Shown: positions 44,255 through 56,274, counted from the stretch's first letter. The stretch: DNA of 64,000 nt from Deltaproteobacteria bacterium (GCA_020346465.1 CP070783.1:682610-746609); one strand, 5' to 3'. Notes: generated from the letters alone by a model not told the origin. Made by a program: numbers and translations.

Positions 44255-45085
44255 ATGGCAAACGGTCAGGGTTCGGTCATCACGATGAAGCAGCTGCTGG
44301 AGGCGGGGGTCCACTTCGGTCACCAGACCAAGAGGTGGAACCCGAAGATGAAGAGGTACATCTTCACCGCCCGGAACGGGATCTACATCATCGACCTGCA
44401 GCAGACGGTGAAGATGTTCCGCACCGCCTACGATTTCGTGCGGGACATGGCGGCGGAGGGGAAAACGGTCCTGTTCGTGGGCACCAAGAAGCAGGCGCAG
44501 GAGGCGATCGAGGAGGAGGCCAGGCGCGCGGTCACCCCGTACGTGAACGTCCGGTGGCTGGGAGGCATGCTCACCAACTTCCAGACGATCCGCAAGAGCC
44601 TCGACCGGCTCCAGAAGCTGACGGACATGACGACGGACGGCACGGCCGAGAAACTCCCCAAGAAGGAAGTCCTCAAGCTTGCCAAGGAGCGCTCCCGGCT
44701 GGAGAAGGTGCTGGGAGGCATCAAGGACCTGCGGCGCATTCCCGACGCCATCTTCGTCGTCGACCCTTCCCGCGAGGAGATCGCGATTCTCGAGGCGCGG
44801 CGCCTGTCGATCCCGATCATCGCCATCGTCGACACCAACTGCGATCCGGACCTGATCGATTACGTCATTCCGGGAAACGACGACGCCATCCGGGCGATCA
44901 AGCTGTTCCTGGGAAAGATCGCGGATGCGATCATCGACGGGAGAGCGGCGTTCCTGGAGAGGACGGCGCAGGCGGGGGACAAGGAAGCCGAGACGCCGGA
45001 GGTCACGATGGCGCTCATCTCGACCGAGGAAGAGGCCGCGGAGGAGAGCGAGGCCGGCCGGGTTCCCGCCGCCGCAGAGGAATAA
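44255..45085 (+). CDS. rpsB: 30S ribosomal protein S2
   Basis: [22 protein letters not shown]. Confidence 0.9.
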   Translation: MANGQGSVITMKQLLEAGVHFGHQTKRWNPKMKRYIFTARNGIYIIDLQQTVKMFRTAYDFVRDMAAEGKTVLFVGTKKQAQEAIEEEARRAVTPYVNVRWLGGMLTNFQTIRKSLDRLQKLTDMTTDGTAEKLPKKEVLKLAKERSRLEKVLGGIKDLRRIPDAIFVVDPSREEIAILEARRLSIPIIAIVDTNCDPDLIDYVIPGNDDAIRAIKLFLGKIADAIIDGRAAFLERTAQAGDKEAETPEVTMALISTEEEAAEESEAGRVPAAAEE

Positions 45086-45121
45086 CCTCCGCAACACCGA
45101 TTTCGCCCAGGAGAGGACGAG

Positions 45122-46046
45122 GATGCAGATCACAGCGGAGATGGTACGCGAACTGCGCGAGAAGACCGGCGCGGGCATGATGGATTGCAAGAGGGCCCTG
45201 TCCGAATCGGGCGGGGAGATGGAGGCCGCGGTCGACGTCCTGCGCAAGAAGGGGCTGGCCGCCGCGGCGAAGAAGTCGTCGAGGATCGCCTCCGAGGGGG
45301 TCGTCGCGGCCCACGTCACCGAGGGGTCCGCGACGCTTGTCGAGGTGAACTGCGAGACCGATTTCGTCGCAAAGACCGACGATTTTCAGACGTTCGCGAT
45401 GCAGGTCGCCGAGGTGGTCAACGCGAAGGGGCCCAAGGACGTCGAGGAGGCGCTGCTTCTCCCCGGGGGAGGGGGAGTCCCGATCGCGGACATGCTGAAC
45501 GAAAAGGTGGCGAAGATCGGGGAGAAGATCTCGTTCCGCCGATTCGCGCGGTATGCCCTGCCGGCGGGGGCCAGGGGAGTGATCGTTCCCTACATCCACG
45601 CGGGGGGGAAGATCGGGGTGGTGGTGGAGCTTCTCGGGGCGGGGCCGGACGACGGGGAGTTCCGGGCGCTCGGCAAGGACATGGCGATGCAGGTCGCCGC
45701 GGCGAATCCCCTGTTTCTCTCCCGGGGGGACATTCCGGCGGAGGCGATCGAGCGGGAGAAGGCGATCTATCGCGAACAGGCGCTCGCCGCGGGCAAGCCG
45801 GAGAAGATCCTGGACCGGATCGCCGAGGGGAAGCTCGAGAAATTCTACGGCGATTTCTGCCTGCTGGAGCAGGCGTTCATCCGGGATCCCGAGCGCAGGG
45901 TGAGCGACCTGCTGAAGGAGATGTCGGCGAAAAAGGGCGAGGATGTCCGCGTGGGACGGTTCGCCCGGTTCCAGGTGGGCGAGGGGCTGGAGAAACGGTC
46001 CGAAGACCTGGCTTCGGAGGTCGCGAAGCAGCTTGGTCAGGGGTAA
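45122..46046 (+). CDS. tsf: Translation elongation factor Ts
   Basis: [24 protein letters not shown]. Confidence 0.9.
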
Positions 46047-46068
46047 GTTCCCCGCGTCCGGAGGGTTC

Positions 46069-46797
46069 GTGGGAAAACCGGTGTATCGACGCATCCTGCT
46101 GAAGCTGTCGGGCGAGGCCCTGCTGGGATCGCAGGAGTACGGGATCGACGACAGGGTCCTCGCGGACCTTTCGGAGGAGATCCGGGAAGTCACCGCCCTG
46201 GGGGTCCAGGTCGCCCTCGTCGTGGGGGGCGGGAACCTTTTCCGGGGGATCCAGACCAGCCGGGAGTACCGCATCGCGCGCGCCTCCGCCGACTACATGG
46301 GGATGCTCGCGACCGTCATCAACAGCCTGGCGCTGCAGGAGAGGCTGGAACGGGACGGCGTGATGACGCGCGTCCTGTCCGCGATCGAGATGCGGGCGAT
46401 CGCCGAGCCGTACATCCGCCGGCGCGCCCTGCGGCACCTGGAGAAGGGAAGGGTGATCATCTTCGCTGCGGGGACCGGGAACCCGTATTTCACGACGGAC
46501 ACCGCCGCCGCGCTTCGCGCGATGGAGATCAACTCGGACGCCATCCTGAAGGCTACCCGGGTCGACGGGGTGTACGACAAGGACCCCCTGGTCCACAAGA
46601 AAGCCAGGAAGTTCCGGGAACTGACCTACATCGACGTCCTGCAGAGAAACCTCAAGGTGATGGACGCCACGGCGATCTCCCTGTGCATGGACAACGACCT
46701 TCCGATCGTCATCTTCAACCTGACCAGGAAAGGGAACATCCGGAGGGTGGTTCTGGGAGAGAAGATCGGCACCGTGGTCCGGGGAGGAGGTCACTAG
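46069..46797 (+). CDS. pyrH: UMP kinase
   Basis: GTG start after [19 protein letters not shown] and VVGGGN motifs. Confidence 0.9.
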   Translation: MGKPVYRRILLKLSGEALLGSQEYGIDDRVLADLSEEIREVTALGVQVALVVGGGNLFRGIQTSREYRIARASADYMGMLATVINSLALQERLERDGVMTRVLSAIEMRAIAEPYIRRRALRHLEKGRVIIFAAGTGNPYFTTDTAAALRAMEINSDAILKATRVDGVYDKDPLVHKKARKFRELTYIDVLQRNLKVMDATAISLCMDNDLPIVIFNLTRKGNIRRVVLGEKIGTVVRGGGH

Positions 46798-47351
46798 TGG
46801 AAGCCCTTTTCAAGGACACGGGCGCGAAGATGGCGAGAAGCATCGAGGCCTTCCGGAAGGAGCTGGGGAAGATCCGGACGGGGAGAGCCTCCTTCTCCCT
46901 CCTGGAAGGGATCCGGGTGGACTATTACGGGACCCTCACCCCGCTCCAGCAGGTGGGAACCCTGTCCGTCCCGGAAAGCCGTCTGATCACGGTCACTCCC
47001 TGGGACGCCAAGATGGTCGGCCCGATCGAGAAGGCGATCCAGTCGGGCGGGCTGGGCCTGAACCCCTCCAGCGACGGCAAGGTCGTGCGCATCCCCATCC
47101 CTCCCCTGACCGAGGAGCGGCGCAAGGACCTCGTCAAGGTGGTCCGGAAGATGGCGGAGGACGCCCGGATCGCGGTCCGGAACGTCCGTCGCGAGTCCAT
47201 CGAGCGGATCAAGGAGGGAGAGAAGAAGAAGGAGATCTCCGAGGACGAGATGAAGCGGTCGCAGGACCGGATCCAGAAGGAGACGGACAGCTTCATCCGG
47301 AAGATCGACGAGATTCTGAAGTCGAAGGAACAGGAGATCATGGAGGTCTGA
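46797..47351 (+). CDS. frr: Ribosome recycling factor
   Basis: GTG start overlapping the pyrH stop. RRF-like sequence throughout. Confidence 0.85.
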   Translation: MEALFKDTGAKMARSIEAFRKELGKIRTGRASFSLLEGIRVDYYGTLTPLQQVGTLSVPESRLITVTPWDAKMVGPIEKAIQSGGLGLNPSSDGKVVRIPIPPLTEERRKDLVKVVRKMAEDARIAVRNVRRESIERIKEGEKKKEISEDEMKRSQDRIQKETDSFIRKIDEILKSKEQEIMEV

Positions 47352-47420
47352 CGCCTGCGTCGGGCCCGTTTCCTCATGCGCCACTAGGATGTTCCCGACG
47401 GGACGAGAAGGCACGCAACC

Positions 47421-48176
47421 ATGAAAGGCGGCGGTCTCCCTCCATCCGCCCCTCCGCGGCACGTCGCCGTCATCATGGACGGGAACGGGAGGTGGGCCAG
47501 GCAGCGCGGCCTTCCGCGCGTCGAAGGACACCGGATGGGAATCCGGTCCGTCCGGGCCGTCGTCGAGTGCGCGCGGGAGATCGGCATCTCCTACCTCACC
47601 CTGTACGCGTTCTCCACGGAGAACTGGGGACGTCCCCGGACCGAGGTGACCACCCTGATGGGGCTTCTCCGGGAGTTCCTGATCCGGGAGCTCCCCGACC
47701 TCAACAAGCACGGGATCCGGCTCCGCGTCATCGGGGAGACCGGGCGGCTTCCGTCCCACGTGCGGGGAGTTCTCGACCATGCGGTGGAGGCCACCGGCCG
47801 GAACAGCAGCATGACGCTCACCCTGGCGCTGTCGTATGCCGGCAGGAACGAGATCGTGCGCGCGGCCAGGAAGCTGGCCGCGGCCGCGGCCGCGGGAAAG
47901 ATTCTCCCGGAATCGATCACCGACGAGGATGTCGCCGGCAGCCTGGACACGGCCGGGATCCCGGACCCGGACCTGGTGATCCGGACCAGCGGAGAGATCC
48001 GGGTCAGCAATTTTCTCCTGTGGCAGGCGGCGTACGCGGAGTTCGTCTTCACCGACGTCCTCTGGCCCGATTTCGGGAAGCCGGAGTTCCTCGCGGCCCT
48101 CGAGGAATATGCGCACCGCGACCGCCGCTTCGGATTGGCGGGGGAACAGGGAACCCTCTCCCCGGGCGACCCGTGA
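47421..48176 (+). CDS. uppS: Undecaprenyl-diphosphate synthase
   Basis: HVAVIMDGNGRWA and cis-prenyltransferase motifs. Confidence 0.9.
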   Translation: MKGGGLPPSAPPRHVAVIMDGNGRWARQRGLPRVEGHRMGIRSVRAVVECAREIGISYLTLYAFSTENWGRPRTEVTTLMGLLREFLIRELPDLNKHGIRLRVIGETGRLPSHVRGVLDHAVEATGRNSSMTLTLALSYAGRNEIVRAARKLAAAAAAGKILPESITDEDVAGSLDTAGIPDPDLVIRTSGEIRVSNFLLWQAAYAEFVFTDVLWPDFGKPEFLAALEEYAHRDRRFGLAGEQGTLSPGDP

Positions 48177-48988
48177 CCGTGCTGGGGAAACGGATCCTCA
48201 CCGCGGTCGTGCTCCTGCCCCTCCTGGTGGGGGTCGTGCTGTTCGCGAAGGGCTGGCCTTTTGTCCTTCTGGCGGGAGCGGCGACCATCCTGTGCGCGCG
48301 GGAATATTTCCGCCTGTTCTTCCCCGTCCCCCGGGACCGGTGGTCCGGTGTGGCCGTGACCGGCCTGCTCTATCTCTCCGGGGTCCTCCTTCCGGTCCCC
48401 ATGGCGGCGGCGGCCATGCTGTGCTGCGTCTCGCTGGCCGCGTTCCCCTTCCTGGCAGGCGGAGAGCCGCACCCGGAAAAGGTGCGGAGAGCCGCGCTCG
48501 GGGCGCTCGGCGCGGTCTACCTCGGCGGGTTCCTCGCCTCCTATCCCCGGACCATCGCGCTCCCGGCCGGAGAGCACTGGGTTCTCCTGGGTCTCGTGGC
48601 GGTCTTCTCGGGGGACGTCTTCGCCTATTTCGTCGGGAAGACCTTCGGGAAGCGGCTCCTCTCGCCGGATGTTTCCCCGAACAAGACGGTCGAAGGAGCC
48701 CTTGGGGGGCTGGCCGCGGGGATCGTTCTGGGGGCCGGCTACGGGGCCCTGTTCCTGCCCGGCGTTCCCCTCTGGTACGTCTCCCTCGTCTCCGCTGCCG
48801 TGCAGGCGGCGGGGCAGGCCGGAGATCTCTTCGAATCGCTCCTCAAGCGTGCCGCGGGGGTCAAGGACAGCGGGAGTCTCCTGCCGGGGCACGGGGGAAT
48901 GTTCGACCGGCTGGACGCCGTCATCTCCGCGGGGCCGGTGCTGTACCTGCTTGCGCTGCTTGCCCCGCTTGCCGGGGGGCCGGGATGA
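48173..48988 (+). CDS. cdsA: Phosphatidate cytidylyltransferase
   Basis: Polytopic membrane protein with the CTP-transferase signature (KRAAGVKDSGSLLPGHGGMFDRLD). Confidence 0.8.
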   Translation: MTVLGKRILTAVVLLPLLVGVVLFAKGWPFVLLAGAATILCAREYFRLFFPVPRDRWSGVAVTGLLYLSGVLLPVPMAAAAMLCCVSLAAFPFLAGGEPHPEKVRRAALGALGAVYLGGFLASYPRTIALPAGEHWVLLGLVAVFSGDVFAYFVGKTFGKRLLSPDVSPNKTVEGALGGLAAGIVLGAGYGALFLPGVPLWYVSLVSAAVQAAGQAGDLFESLLKRAAGVKDSGSLLPGHGGMFDRLDAVISAGPVLYLLALLAPLAGGPG

Positions 48989-50163
48989 GGCCGGCCAGGG
49001 GTGTCGCCGTCCTGGGGTCGACCGGCTCGGTGGGCCGGAACGCCCTCGACGTCATCGCGCGGTTTCCCGATAGGTTCCGGGTGTCGGCGCTTTGCGCGGG
49101 AAAGAACGCCGAGGAGCTCTCCGCGCAGGCGCGGCGTTTTCGCCCTCCCGTCGTGTGCCTCTCCGAGGAGAGGCACGGCTCCCGGCTGGGTCGTCTCCCC
49201 CGGGGGACGCGCGTCGTGTTCGGCGAGGAGGGGATGTCCGAGGTGGCCTGCTCCGGGGAAACGGACATCGTTCTGGCCGCCGCCGCCGGGGTGACCTCCA
49301 TCCGGCCCGTCATCGCGGCCGCCCGGGCCGGAAAGAGGATCGCCCTCGCGAACAAGGAGCTGCTCGTGATGGCGGGGAAGTTTCTCGTGGGGGCCGCGCG
49401 GGCCGGCGGGGGAGGGATCCTTCCCGTCGACAGCGAGCACTCCGCGGTCTTCCAGGCGATCGAGGGGCACCGGAAGCAGGACATCTCCCGGATCATCCTC
49501 ACGGCCTCGGGGGGGCCGTTCCGGAACCGCACCTTCCGGCAGATGCGCAACGCGACGGTGGGAGAGGCTCTCGGGCACCCGACGTGGCGGATGGGCGCGA
49601 AGATCTCGGTCGACTCCGCCACCCTGATGAACAAGGGGTTCGAGGTGATCGAGGCGATGTGGCTCTTCGATCTCCCCCCGGACAGGATCGACGTTCTCAT
49701 CCATCCCCAGTCGATCGTGCACTCGATGGTGGAGTACCGGGACGGCAGCCTGATCGCGCAGCTGGGGGTCCCCGATATGCGGATTCCCGTCGGGTACGCC
49801 CTGTCGTATCCCGAGCGGCTCCCGCTGGAACTGCCCCGTCTGCTTCCGCATCGAATGGTCAGCTGGGTGTTCGAGCCGCCGGACAGGAAGAGCTTCCCCG
49901 CCCTCGCCCTGGCGTATGCCGCGGCGGAGGCCGGGGGGACGGCGCCCGCGACGCTCAACGCCGCAAACGAGGTCGCGGTGGCCGCCTTTCTCGCCGGGCG
50001 GATCCGCTTCACGGACATCGTCCGGGTGGCGGAGGCCCTGATGGCGGCATGGCGCAGGGGAGGAAGGCCTGCTACCCTGAAAGATGTGCTCCGCGCGGAT
50101 GCGGAAGCCCGGGAAGAGGCGACCCGCATCATATCCCGAATGAGGAGACCGCACAAACCGTGA
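48985..50163 (+). CDS. dxr: 1-deoxy-D-xylulose-5-phosphate reductoisomerase
   Basis: VLGSTGSVG NADPH motif, Dxr core. ATGA overlap with cdsA. Confidence 0.9.
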   Translation: MRPARGVAVLGSTGSVGRNALDVIARFPDRFRVSALCAGKNAEELSAQARRFRPPVVCLSEERHGSRLGRLPRGTRVVFGEEGMSEVACSGETDIVLAAAAGVTSIRPVIAAARAGKRIALANKELLVMAGKFLVGAARAGGGGILPVDSEHSAVFQAIEGHRKQDISRIILTASGGPFRNRTFRQMRNATVGEALGHPTWRMGAKISVDSATLMNKGFEVIEAMWLFDLPPDRIDVLIHPQSIVHSMVEYRDGSLIAQLGVPDMRIPVGYALSYPERLPLELPRLLPHRMVSWVFEPPDRKSFPALALAYAAAEAGGTAPATLNAANEVAVAAFLAGRIRFTDIVRVAEALMAAWRRGGRPATLKDVLRADAEAREEATRIISRMRRPHKP

Positions 50164-51224
50164 TCTATTTCCTGTCCTTCATCGTCGTTCTGGGAATTCT
50201 CATCTTCGTGCACGAATTCGGGCACTTCGTCGTCGCCCGCCGGCTCGGCGTGGGGGTCACGAAATTTTCCCTGGGGTTCGGGCCGAAGCTCGCGGGATTT
50301 ACGAGGGGGGGAACCGAGTACATCATCTCCGCGATCCCGCTGGGGGGGTACGTCAAGCTCGTGGGGGAGAACGAGGCGGAGGAGGTTCCCCCGGAGGAAC
50401 GGGAGAGGGCGTTTTCCCACAAGCCGGTGTGGGTGAAGATGGCGGTCGTCGGCGCCGGCCCGGTCGCGAACCTCGGGTTCGCCTTTCTCGTCTTCTGGCT
50501 CCTCTTCCTGAGCGGGGTTCCCGCACTGACCCCGAAGATCGGGGACGTTTTGCCGGACACGCCGGCTGCGCGGGCCGGGCTCGAGGCCGGCGATCTCATC
50601 GTCCGGGTCGGGGAGAAGGAGATCACGACCTGGGAGGAGCTCGCCGCCGGGATCGGGAAATCGGGGGCCGGCAAGGGACTTCCCCTGACCGTTCGCCGCG
50701 GGGAGAAAGAGTTCCGGGTGGAGGTCACGCCGGAAACCCGGGAGGGACGCACGATTTTCGGGGAAAAGACCGAGGGACCCAAGATCGGCGTGGTGGCCAG
50801 CAACGAGGTCATCCACCGGAAGGTCAACCCCGTGGCCGCGATCGGCCGCGCGGCCGGAGAGACGTGGAGGATCATCCGGCTGACGGTGCTCACCGTGGTG
50901 AAGCTCGTCATGCGGGTGATCCCGTCCGACAACCTCGGGGGGCCCATCCTCATCGCGCAGATGGCGGGGGACCAGGCCAAGGAGGGGATCTCCCCCTTCG
51001 CGTACTTCCTCGGGTTGCTGAGCGTGAATCTGGGGATCCTGAACCTCCTCCCCATCCCGATTCTCGACGGCGGCCATCTGCTCTTCTTCTCGATCGAGGC
51101 GCTGCGGCGAAAACCCCTCTCCCCGGAGGCGAGGGTGATGGCGCAGCAGGTGGGGCTGGCCGTGATCCTCATGCTCACCGCCCTCGTCTTCTACAACGAC
51201 ATCGCCCGCCTGATCGCCGGTTAG
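50160..51224 (+). CDS. rseP: RIP zinc metalloprotease (site-2 protease)
   Basis: HEFGHF zinc motif, PDZ domain, LDGGH motif. GTG start overlapping the dxr stop. Confidence 0.85.
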   Translation: MIYFLSFIVVLGILIFVHEFGHFVVARRLGVGVTKFSLGFGPKLAGFTRGGTEYIISAIPLGGYVKLVGENEAEEVPPEERERAFSHKPVWVKMAVVGAGPVANLGFAFLVFWLLFLSGVPALTPKIGDVLPDTPAARAGLEAGDLIVRVGEKEITTWEELAAGIGKSGAGKGLPLTVRRGEKEFRVEVTPETREGRTIFGEKTEGPKIGVVASNEVIHRKVNPVAAIGRAAGETWRIIRLTVLTVVKLVMRVIPSDNLGGPILIAQMAGDQAKEGISPFAYFLGLLSVNLGILNLLPIPILDGGHLLFFSIEALRRKPLSPEARVMAQQVGLAVILMLTALVFYNDIARLIAG

Positions 51225-51228
51225 CCGG

Positions 51229-51936
51229 GTGATCCTGGCCATCGAATCGGCGACGCCGCTCGCGAGCGTGGCCCTTGTCGCCGGGGAGCGGGTCCTGGGA
51301 GAAACGGTGCTCCCCCCGGAGGAGCGGGTGTCCGCAACGCTGATCTCCGCCATCGACCGGCTTCTCGGAGAGTCGGGCCGGGGGCCGGACGGGGTCACCC
51401 ACGTGGCGGTCTCGGCAGGCCCGGGGTCGTTCACCGGGCTTCGCGTGGGAATGGCGGCCGCGAAGGGATTCTGCCTCGGGTGGCGCCTGCCCCTCGTGCC
51501 CGTACCGACGCTGCATGCCCTGGCGACGCGGTCCCGCGCCGGGGAGGCGCTGGTATGTCCCGTCCTGGACGCCAGGAAGAAGGAAGTCTACGCGGGGATC
51601 TTCCGCTGGGAGGGGGTAAAGTGCCTTCGCGTCGCCCCCGACGCCGCGGTGCCGCCGGATGCTCTCCCGGACTGGTTCCCGGAAGGGAACGTCCTGTTCT
51701 GCGGGGACGGAACGGTTCCGTACGGAGAGCTGCTCCGGGCGCGGATGGGCCCGCGCGCCCTGTTCCTCCCCCCGGGCGAGGGATTGCCGAGGGCGTCGGC
51801 CGTCGGCCTCCTGGCGGCGCGCACGATCCGGGAGGGGGGGGTGCCGGAGGCGCGGACGGTCGTACCGGCATATCTGCGGGCCTCCGAGGCGGAGAGGCAC
51901 CGGGGAAAAAGAGGCCGGGCCGCGCCCGGAAATTGA
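51229..51936 (+). CDS. tsaB: tRNA threonylcarbamoyladenosine biosynthesis protein TsaB (YeaZ)
   Basis: ILAIESAT...GPGSFTGLRVG signature. Confidence 0.7.
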   Translation: MILAIESATPLASVALVAGERVLGETVLPPEERVSATLISAIDRLLGESGRGPDGVTHVAVSAGPGSFTGLRVGMAAAKGFCLGWRLPLVPVPTLHALATRSRAGEALVCPVLDARKKEVYAGIFRWEGVKCLRVAPDAAVPPDALPDWFPEGNVLFCGDGTVPYGELLRARMGPRALFLPPGEGLPRASAVGLLAARTIREGGVPEARTVVPAYLRASEAERHRGKRGRAAPGN

Positions 51937-51989
51937 CAATTGACCTTCCTCTGCTACACTCAGATATCATCCCAGATCCGGAGGTGCCG

Positions 51990-52208
51990 ATGGGGGGGCG
52001 GAGCCAGGAAGAGAAGATCGCCGCGCTTGCCGAACAGGATCCGGAGTTCAAGAACCTGATCGAGGAACACCGCATGCTGGATGGAAAACTCAAGGAGTTC
52101 GACCGGAAAATTTACCTTTCCCCCGACGAGGAGATGGAGCGGAAGCGGCTTCAGAAACTCAAGCTGGCGAAGAAGGACAGGATCGCGCAGAGGCTTTCCG
52201 GACAATAG
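51990..52208 (+). CDS. DUF465 (YdcH-like) small coiled-coil protein
   Basis: 72 aa with [47 protein letters not shown] pattern. GGAGG RBS. Confidence 0.55.
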   Translation: MGGRSQEEKIAALAEQDPEFKNLIEEHRMLDGKLKEFDRKIYLSPDEEMERKRLQKLKLAKKDRIAQRLSGQ

Positions 52209-52375
52209 GAACGGTACGGGAGAATCCTCCTGCCGCGGGGCGCGAGGGCGGGCCGCTTGCGCGTCCGTTCCGGGGGGCGATCCCGGCGGCGGGCGCAGGC
52301 CCTCGAGGGGGATTCCGTTCCCGCGGGGGAGTGTTTCTCTCGAGACGGGCGAGAGGGGAGAAGGAATGCGAAGTG

Positions 52376-54018
52376 ACCTGACGAAAAAGGGATTGGAGAG
52401 AATGCCCCACCGGGCGCTCTACTGCGCCGCCGGCGTTCCGCAGGAAGCGATGGGAAAGCCGTTCATCGGCGTGGCGACCTCCTTTACCGACCTGGTCCCC
52501 GGGCACGTCGGGATGCGGTCCCTCGAGCGCGTCGTGGAGAACGGCGTGCACGCCGCGGGCGGCTACCCGTTCCTCTTCGGGGTGCCGGCGGTATGCGACG
52601 GGATCGCGATGGGGCACCGGGGGATGCACTTCTCCCTGCCTCTGCGGGAGCTGATCGCCGACATGATCGAGTCGGTCGCGGAGGCCCACGCGCTCGACGG
52701 GCTCGTCCTGCTGACCAACTGCGACAAGATCACCCCCGGGATGCTCATGGCCGCGGCGCGGCTTTCCCTCCCCTCCATCGTCCTGACCGCGGGGCCGATG
52801 CTCTCGGGCAGGATGGGGGACAGGCGGCTCTCCCTCGTGTCGGACACCTTCGAGGCCGTCGGGCGGTACCAGCGGGGGGAGATCGACGGGAAGACGCTGC
52901 GCCGCCTCGAGGCCGAGGCGTGTCCGGGGGAGGGGTCGTGCCAGGGGCTGTACACCGCCAACACGATGGCGTGCCTGACCGAGACCCTCGGGATGTCCCT
53001 GCCGGGGTGCGCGACCGCCCTGGCCGGCATGTCGAAAAAGCGCCACATCGGGTACGCGACGGGGAAGCGCGTCGTGGAGCTGGTGCGAAAAGGGATCACC
53101 CCGCGGACGATCCTGACGCGCGCCGCCTTCGAGAACGCCATCCGGGTCGACCTCGCGCTCGGGGGGTCCTCCAATTCCGTCCTGCACCTTCTGGCCATCG
53201 CCCACGAGGCGGGCGTCGCCCTCCCGCTGTCCGAATTCGACCGGCTGTCCCGGCAGACGCCGCAGCTCACCACCGTCACCCCGGCGGGCCCCCACATGAT
53301 GGAGGACGTGGAGTTCTCCGGAGGGATCCCCGCGATCCTCAACCGGCTGCTGCCCAGGCTGAAGAAAAACCCGACCGTCTCGGGGGAGGACATCACCGCG
53401 ATCGCCAGGAAGGGGCGCGTCGTCAACGACGGCATCATCCGCCGGGTCTCCGCCCCCGTCCGGCCCGAGGGGGGGATCGCGATCCTCACCGGCAACCTTG
53501 CGCCGGGGGGTGCGGTGGTCAAGCAGTCGGGCGTCGACCCCTCGATGTTCCGGTTCCGGGGGAAGGCCAGGGTCTTCGAGTCGGAGGATGCCGCGATGGC
53601 GGCGATCATGGCCGGGAAGATCCGGCCGGGCATGGTCGTGGTCATCCGCTACGAGGGCCCGAAAGGGGGGCCGGGGATGCGCGAGATGCTTTCCCCCACG
53701 TCGGCGATCATGGGAATGGGGCTGGGAACGAAGGTGGCTCTCATCACCGACGGGCGCTTCTCGGGGGGGACCCACGGGCCGTGCATCGGGCACGTATCCC
53801 CCGAGGCGATGGAAGGGGGGCCGATCGCCCTCGTGCGGGACGGGGACGGGATCGTCCTGGACATCCCGGGGCGGAAGCTCACGCTGGACGTCCCGGCGTC
53901 CGAGCTTTCCCGCCGGAAAAAAACCTGGAAAGCCCCGCCGCCGAAGGTCCGGACGGGGTATCTGGCCCGGTACGCCAAGCTCGTGGGCTCGGCGGGAACC
54001 GGCGCCGTGATCCGGTAG
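52376..54018 (+). CDS. ilvD: Dihydroxy-acid dehydratase
   Basis: Short-form Ilv[18 protein letters not shown] Fe-S cysteine motif. Confidence 0.9.
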
Positions 54019-54028
54019 GGAGGATGAG

Positions 54029-55723
54029 GTGAAGATGACCGGAGCGGATATTTTTGTCAGGGCTCTGGAGGACCTCGGGGTGGACGTCGTCTTCGGGTAC
54101 CCCGGGGGAGCGGTGCTCAACATCTACGATTCCCTGTTCCAGAACACGAAGATCCGGCACCTGCTCGTCCGCCACGAGCAGGGCGGGGTGCACATGGCCG
54201 ACGGGTACGCCCGCGCCTCCGGGAAAACCGGCGTGTGCCTGGTGACGTCGGGACCCGGGGCGACGAACACGGTCACGGGGATCGCGACGGCCTACATGGA
54301 CTCGGTGCCCATCGTCGTCTTCTCCGGCCAGGTGCCGACGCTCATGATCGGAAACGACGCGTTCCAGGAGGCCGACATCGTCGGGATCACCCGGCCCTGC
54401 ACCAAGCACAACTACCTGATCAAGCAGACGAAGGACATGGCGCGCATCATCAAGGAGGCGTTCTACATCGCTTCCACCGGGCGCCCGGGCCCCGTGCTGG
54501 TCGACATCCCGAAGGATGTCCTGACCGGCTCCGCGGAGTACCACCTCCCGAAAGAGGTGAAGCTGCGGGGGTACCACCCCAACTACGAGGGTCACCAGAA
54601 GCAGGTGGAGAACGCCATCCGCATGCTGCTGGAGAAGGAACGCCCCGTCCTCTACGCCGGAGGGGGGATCATCCTCTCCGATTCGTCTTCCCTGCTTTCG
54701 GAGTTCGCCCGGATCCTCGGGATCCCCGTCACGACCACGCTGATGGGGCTGGGCGGCTTCCCGGGGACCGACCCGCTCTCCCTCGGGATGCTCGGGATGC
54801 ACGGCACCTTCCGGGCGAACATGGCGATCTCGCACTGCGACGTGATCCTGGGGGTCGGGGCGAGGTTCGACGACCGGGTCACCGGGAAGATCGACGAGTT
54901 CGCGCCCGGTGCGAAGATCATCCACGTGGACATCGACCCGACCTCCATCCAGAAGAACGTCCCCGTGAACATCCCGATCGTGGGGGACCTGAAGGACGTG
55001 CTCCGGAAGATGATCAAGCTCGTCAAGGGAACGAAGGAGGCGGCGAAGTACCGGAAGAAGATCGCCCCGTGGCGGGACCAGATCGCGCAGTGGAAATCGA
55101 CCCACCCGCTCGCGTACAAGCAGGGAAAGGGAAGGATCAAGCCCCAGTACGTGGTCGAGCAGATCTACCAGATCACGAAGGGGGATGCGATCATCACCAC
55201 CGAGGTGGGGCAGAACCAGATGTTCGCCGCCCAGTACTACCTGTACGACAGGCCGCGGACCTTCCTCTCCTCGGGCGGGCTGGGCACGATGGGATACGGG
55301 CTTCCGGCGGCGATCGGTGCCCAGGTGGCGATGCCGGGCAGGCTCGTGGTGGACATCGCGGGCGACGGCAGCATCCAGATGAACATCCAGGAGCTCGCCA
55401 CCGCGGTGCAGTATCGTCTCCCCGTGAAGGTGGTGATCCTGAACAACGGGACGCTGGGAATGGTGCGGCAGTGGCAGGAGCTGTTCTTCCAGGGGAAGTA
55501 TTCCCAGACGTGCCTGCCCCAGGTGCCCGATTTCGTTCGCCTCGCGGAGGCTTACGGGGCGGCGGGGTTCCGGGCGACGAAGCCCGGGGAGGTGCCGCAG
55601 GTTCTCCGGGAGGGGTTCGCCGCGGACGGTCCGGCCATCATCGACATCCTGACGGATCCCGATGCGATGGTCTATCCGATGGTGCCCGCGGGGGCGCCGC
55701 TCACGAAGATGCTGCTCGTGTGA
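54029..55723 (+). CDS. ilvB: Acetolactate synthase large subunit
   Basis: TPP enzyme ([12 protein letters not shown]). GGAGG RBS. The ATG at 54035 is an alternative start. Confidence 0.9.
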   Translation: MKMTGADIFVRALEDLGVDVVFGYPGGAVLNIYDSLFQNTKIRHLLVRHEQGGVHMADGYARASGKTGVCLVTSGPGATNTVTGIATAYMDSVPIVVFSGQVPTLMIGNDAFQEADIVGITRPCTKHNYLIKQTKDMARIIKEAFYIASTGRPGPVLVDIPKDVLTGSAEYHLPKEVKLRGYHPNYEGHQKQVENAIRMLLEKERPVLYAGGGIILSDSSSLLSEFARILGIPVTTTLMGLGGFPGTDPLSLGMLGMHGTFRANMAISHCDVILGVGARFDDRVTGKIDEFAPGAKIIHVDIDPTSIQKNVPVNIPIVGDLKDVLRKMIKLVKGTKEAAKYRKKIAPWRDQIAQWKSTHPLAYKQGKGRIKPQYVVEQIYQITKGDAIITTEVGQNQMFAAQYYLYDRPRTFLSSGGLGTMGYGLPAAIGAQVAMPGRLVVDIAGDGSIQMNIQELATAVQYRLPVKVVILNNGTLGMVRQWQELFFQGKYSQTCLPQVPDFVRLAEAYGAAGFRATKPGEVPQVLREGFAADGPAIIDILTDPDAMVYPMVPAGAPLTKMLLV

Positions 55724-55742
55724 CGGGACAGGGGGAAACGCG

Positions 55743-56219
55743 ATGCGCCATACCATTTCCGTTCTGGTGGAGAACGAGTTCGGGGTCCTGAGCCGCGTGT
55801 CCGGCCTGTTTTCCGGGCGGGGGTTCAACATCGAGTCCCTGACGGTGGCGGAGACGCTCGACCCGACCGTTTCCCGCATGACGATCGTGACCTCCGGGAA
55901 CGACCAGATCGTCGAGCAGATCCTGAAGCAGCTCAACAAGCTCGTCGCGGTCATCAAGGTGGTCAACCTGACGGGTGCGGAGACCGTAGACCGGGAGCTC
56001 GTGCTGATCAAGGTGAACGCGGAGCCGGAGACGAAGGCCGAGGTGCTGCGCCTGGTGGACATCTTCCGGGCGAAGATCGTCGACGTCGCCCCCCGGTGCT
56101 ACACGATCGAGATGACGGGCGACGAGGAGAAGATCAACGCGCTGATCCAGCTGCTGAAGCCGATCGGGATCCGGGAGGTCGTGCGGACGGGGCGCGTGGC
56201 CATCGCGCGGGGGATGTAG
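55743..56219 (+). CDS. ilvN: Acetolactate synthase small (regulatory) subunit
   Basis: ACT domain [33 protein letters not shown]. Confidence 0.85.
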   Translation: MRHTISVLVENEFGVLSRVSGLFSGRGFNIESLTVAETLDPTVSRMTIVTSGNDQIVEQILKQLNKLVAVIKVVNLTGAETVDRELVLIKVNAEPETKAEVLRLVDIFRAKIVDVAPRCYTIEMTGDEEKINALIQLLKPIGIREVVRTGRVAIARGM

Positions 56220-56274
56220 CGGCAGGGGGAAAGAGGAGGCGGTTCGTTCCACACTACCCGGGGAGGGGATCACG

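Noticed and set aside
54021-54029. Mini-ORF ATG-AGG-TGA between ilvD and ilvB as a possible leader peptide
   Set aside because: It is two codons and overlaps the ilvB RBS/start region. It is more likely just part of the translation-initiation context.
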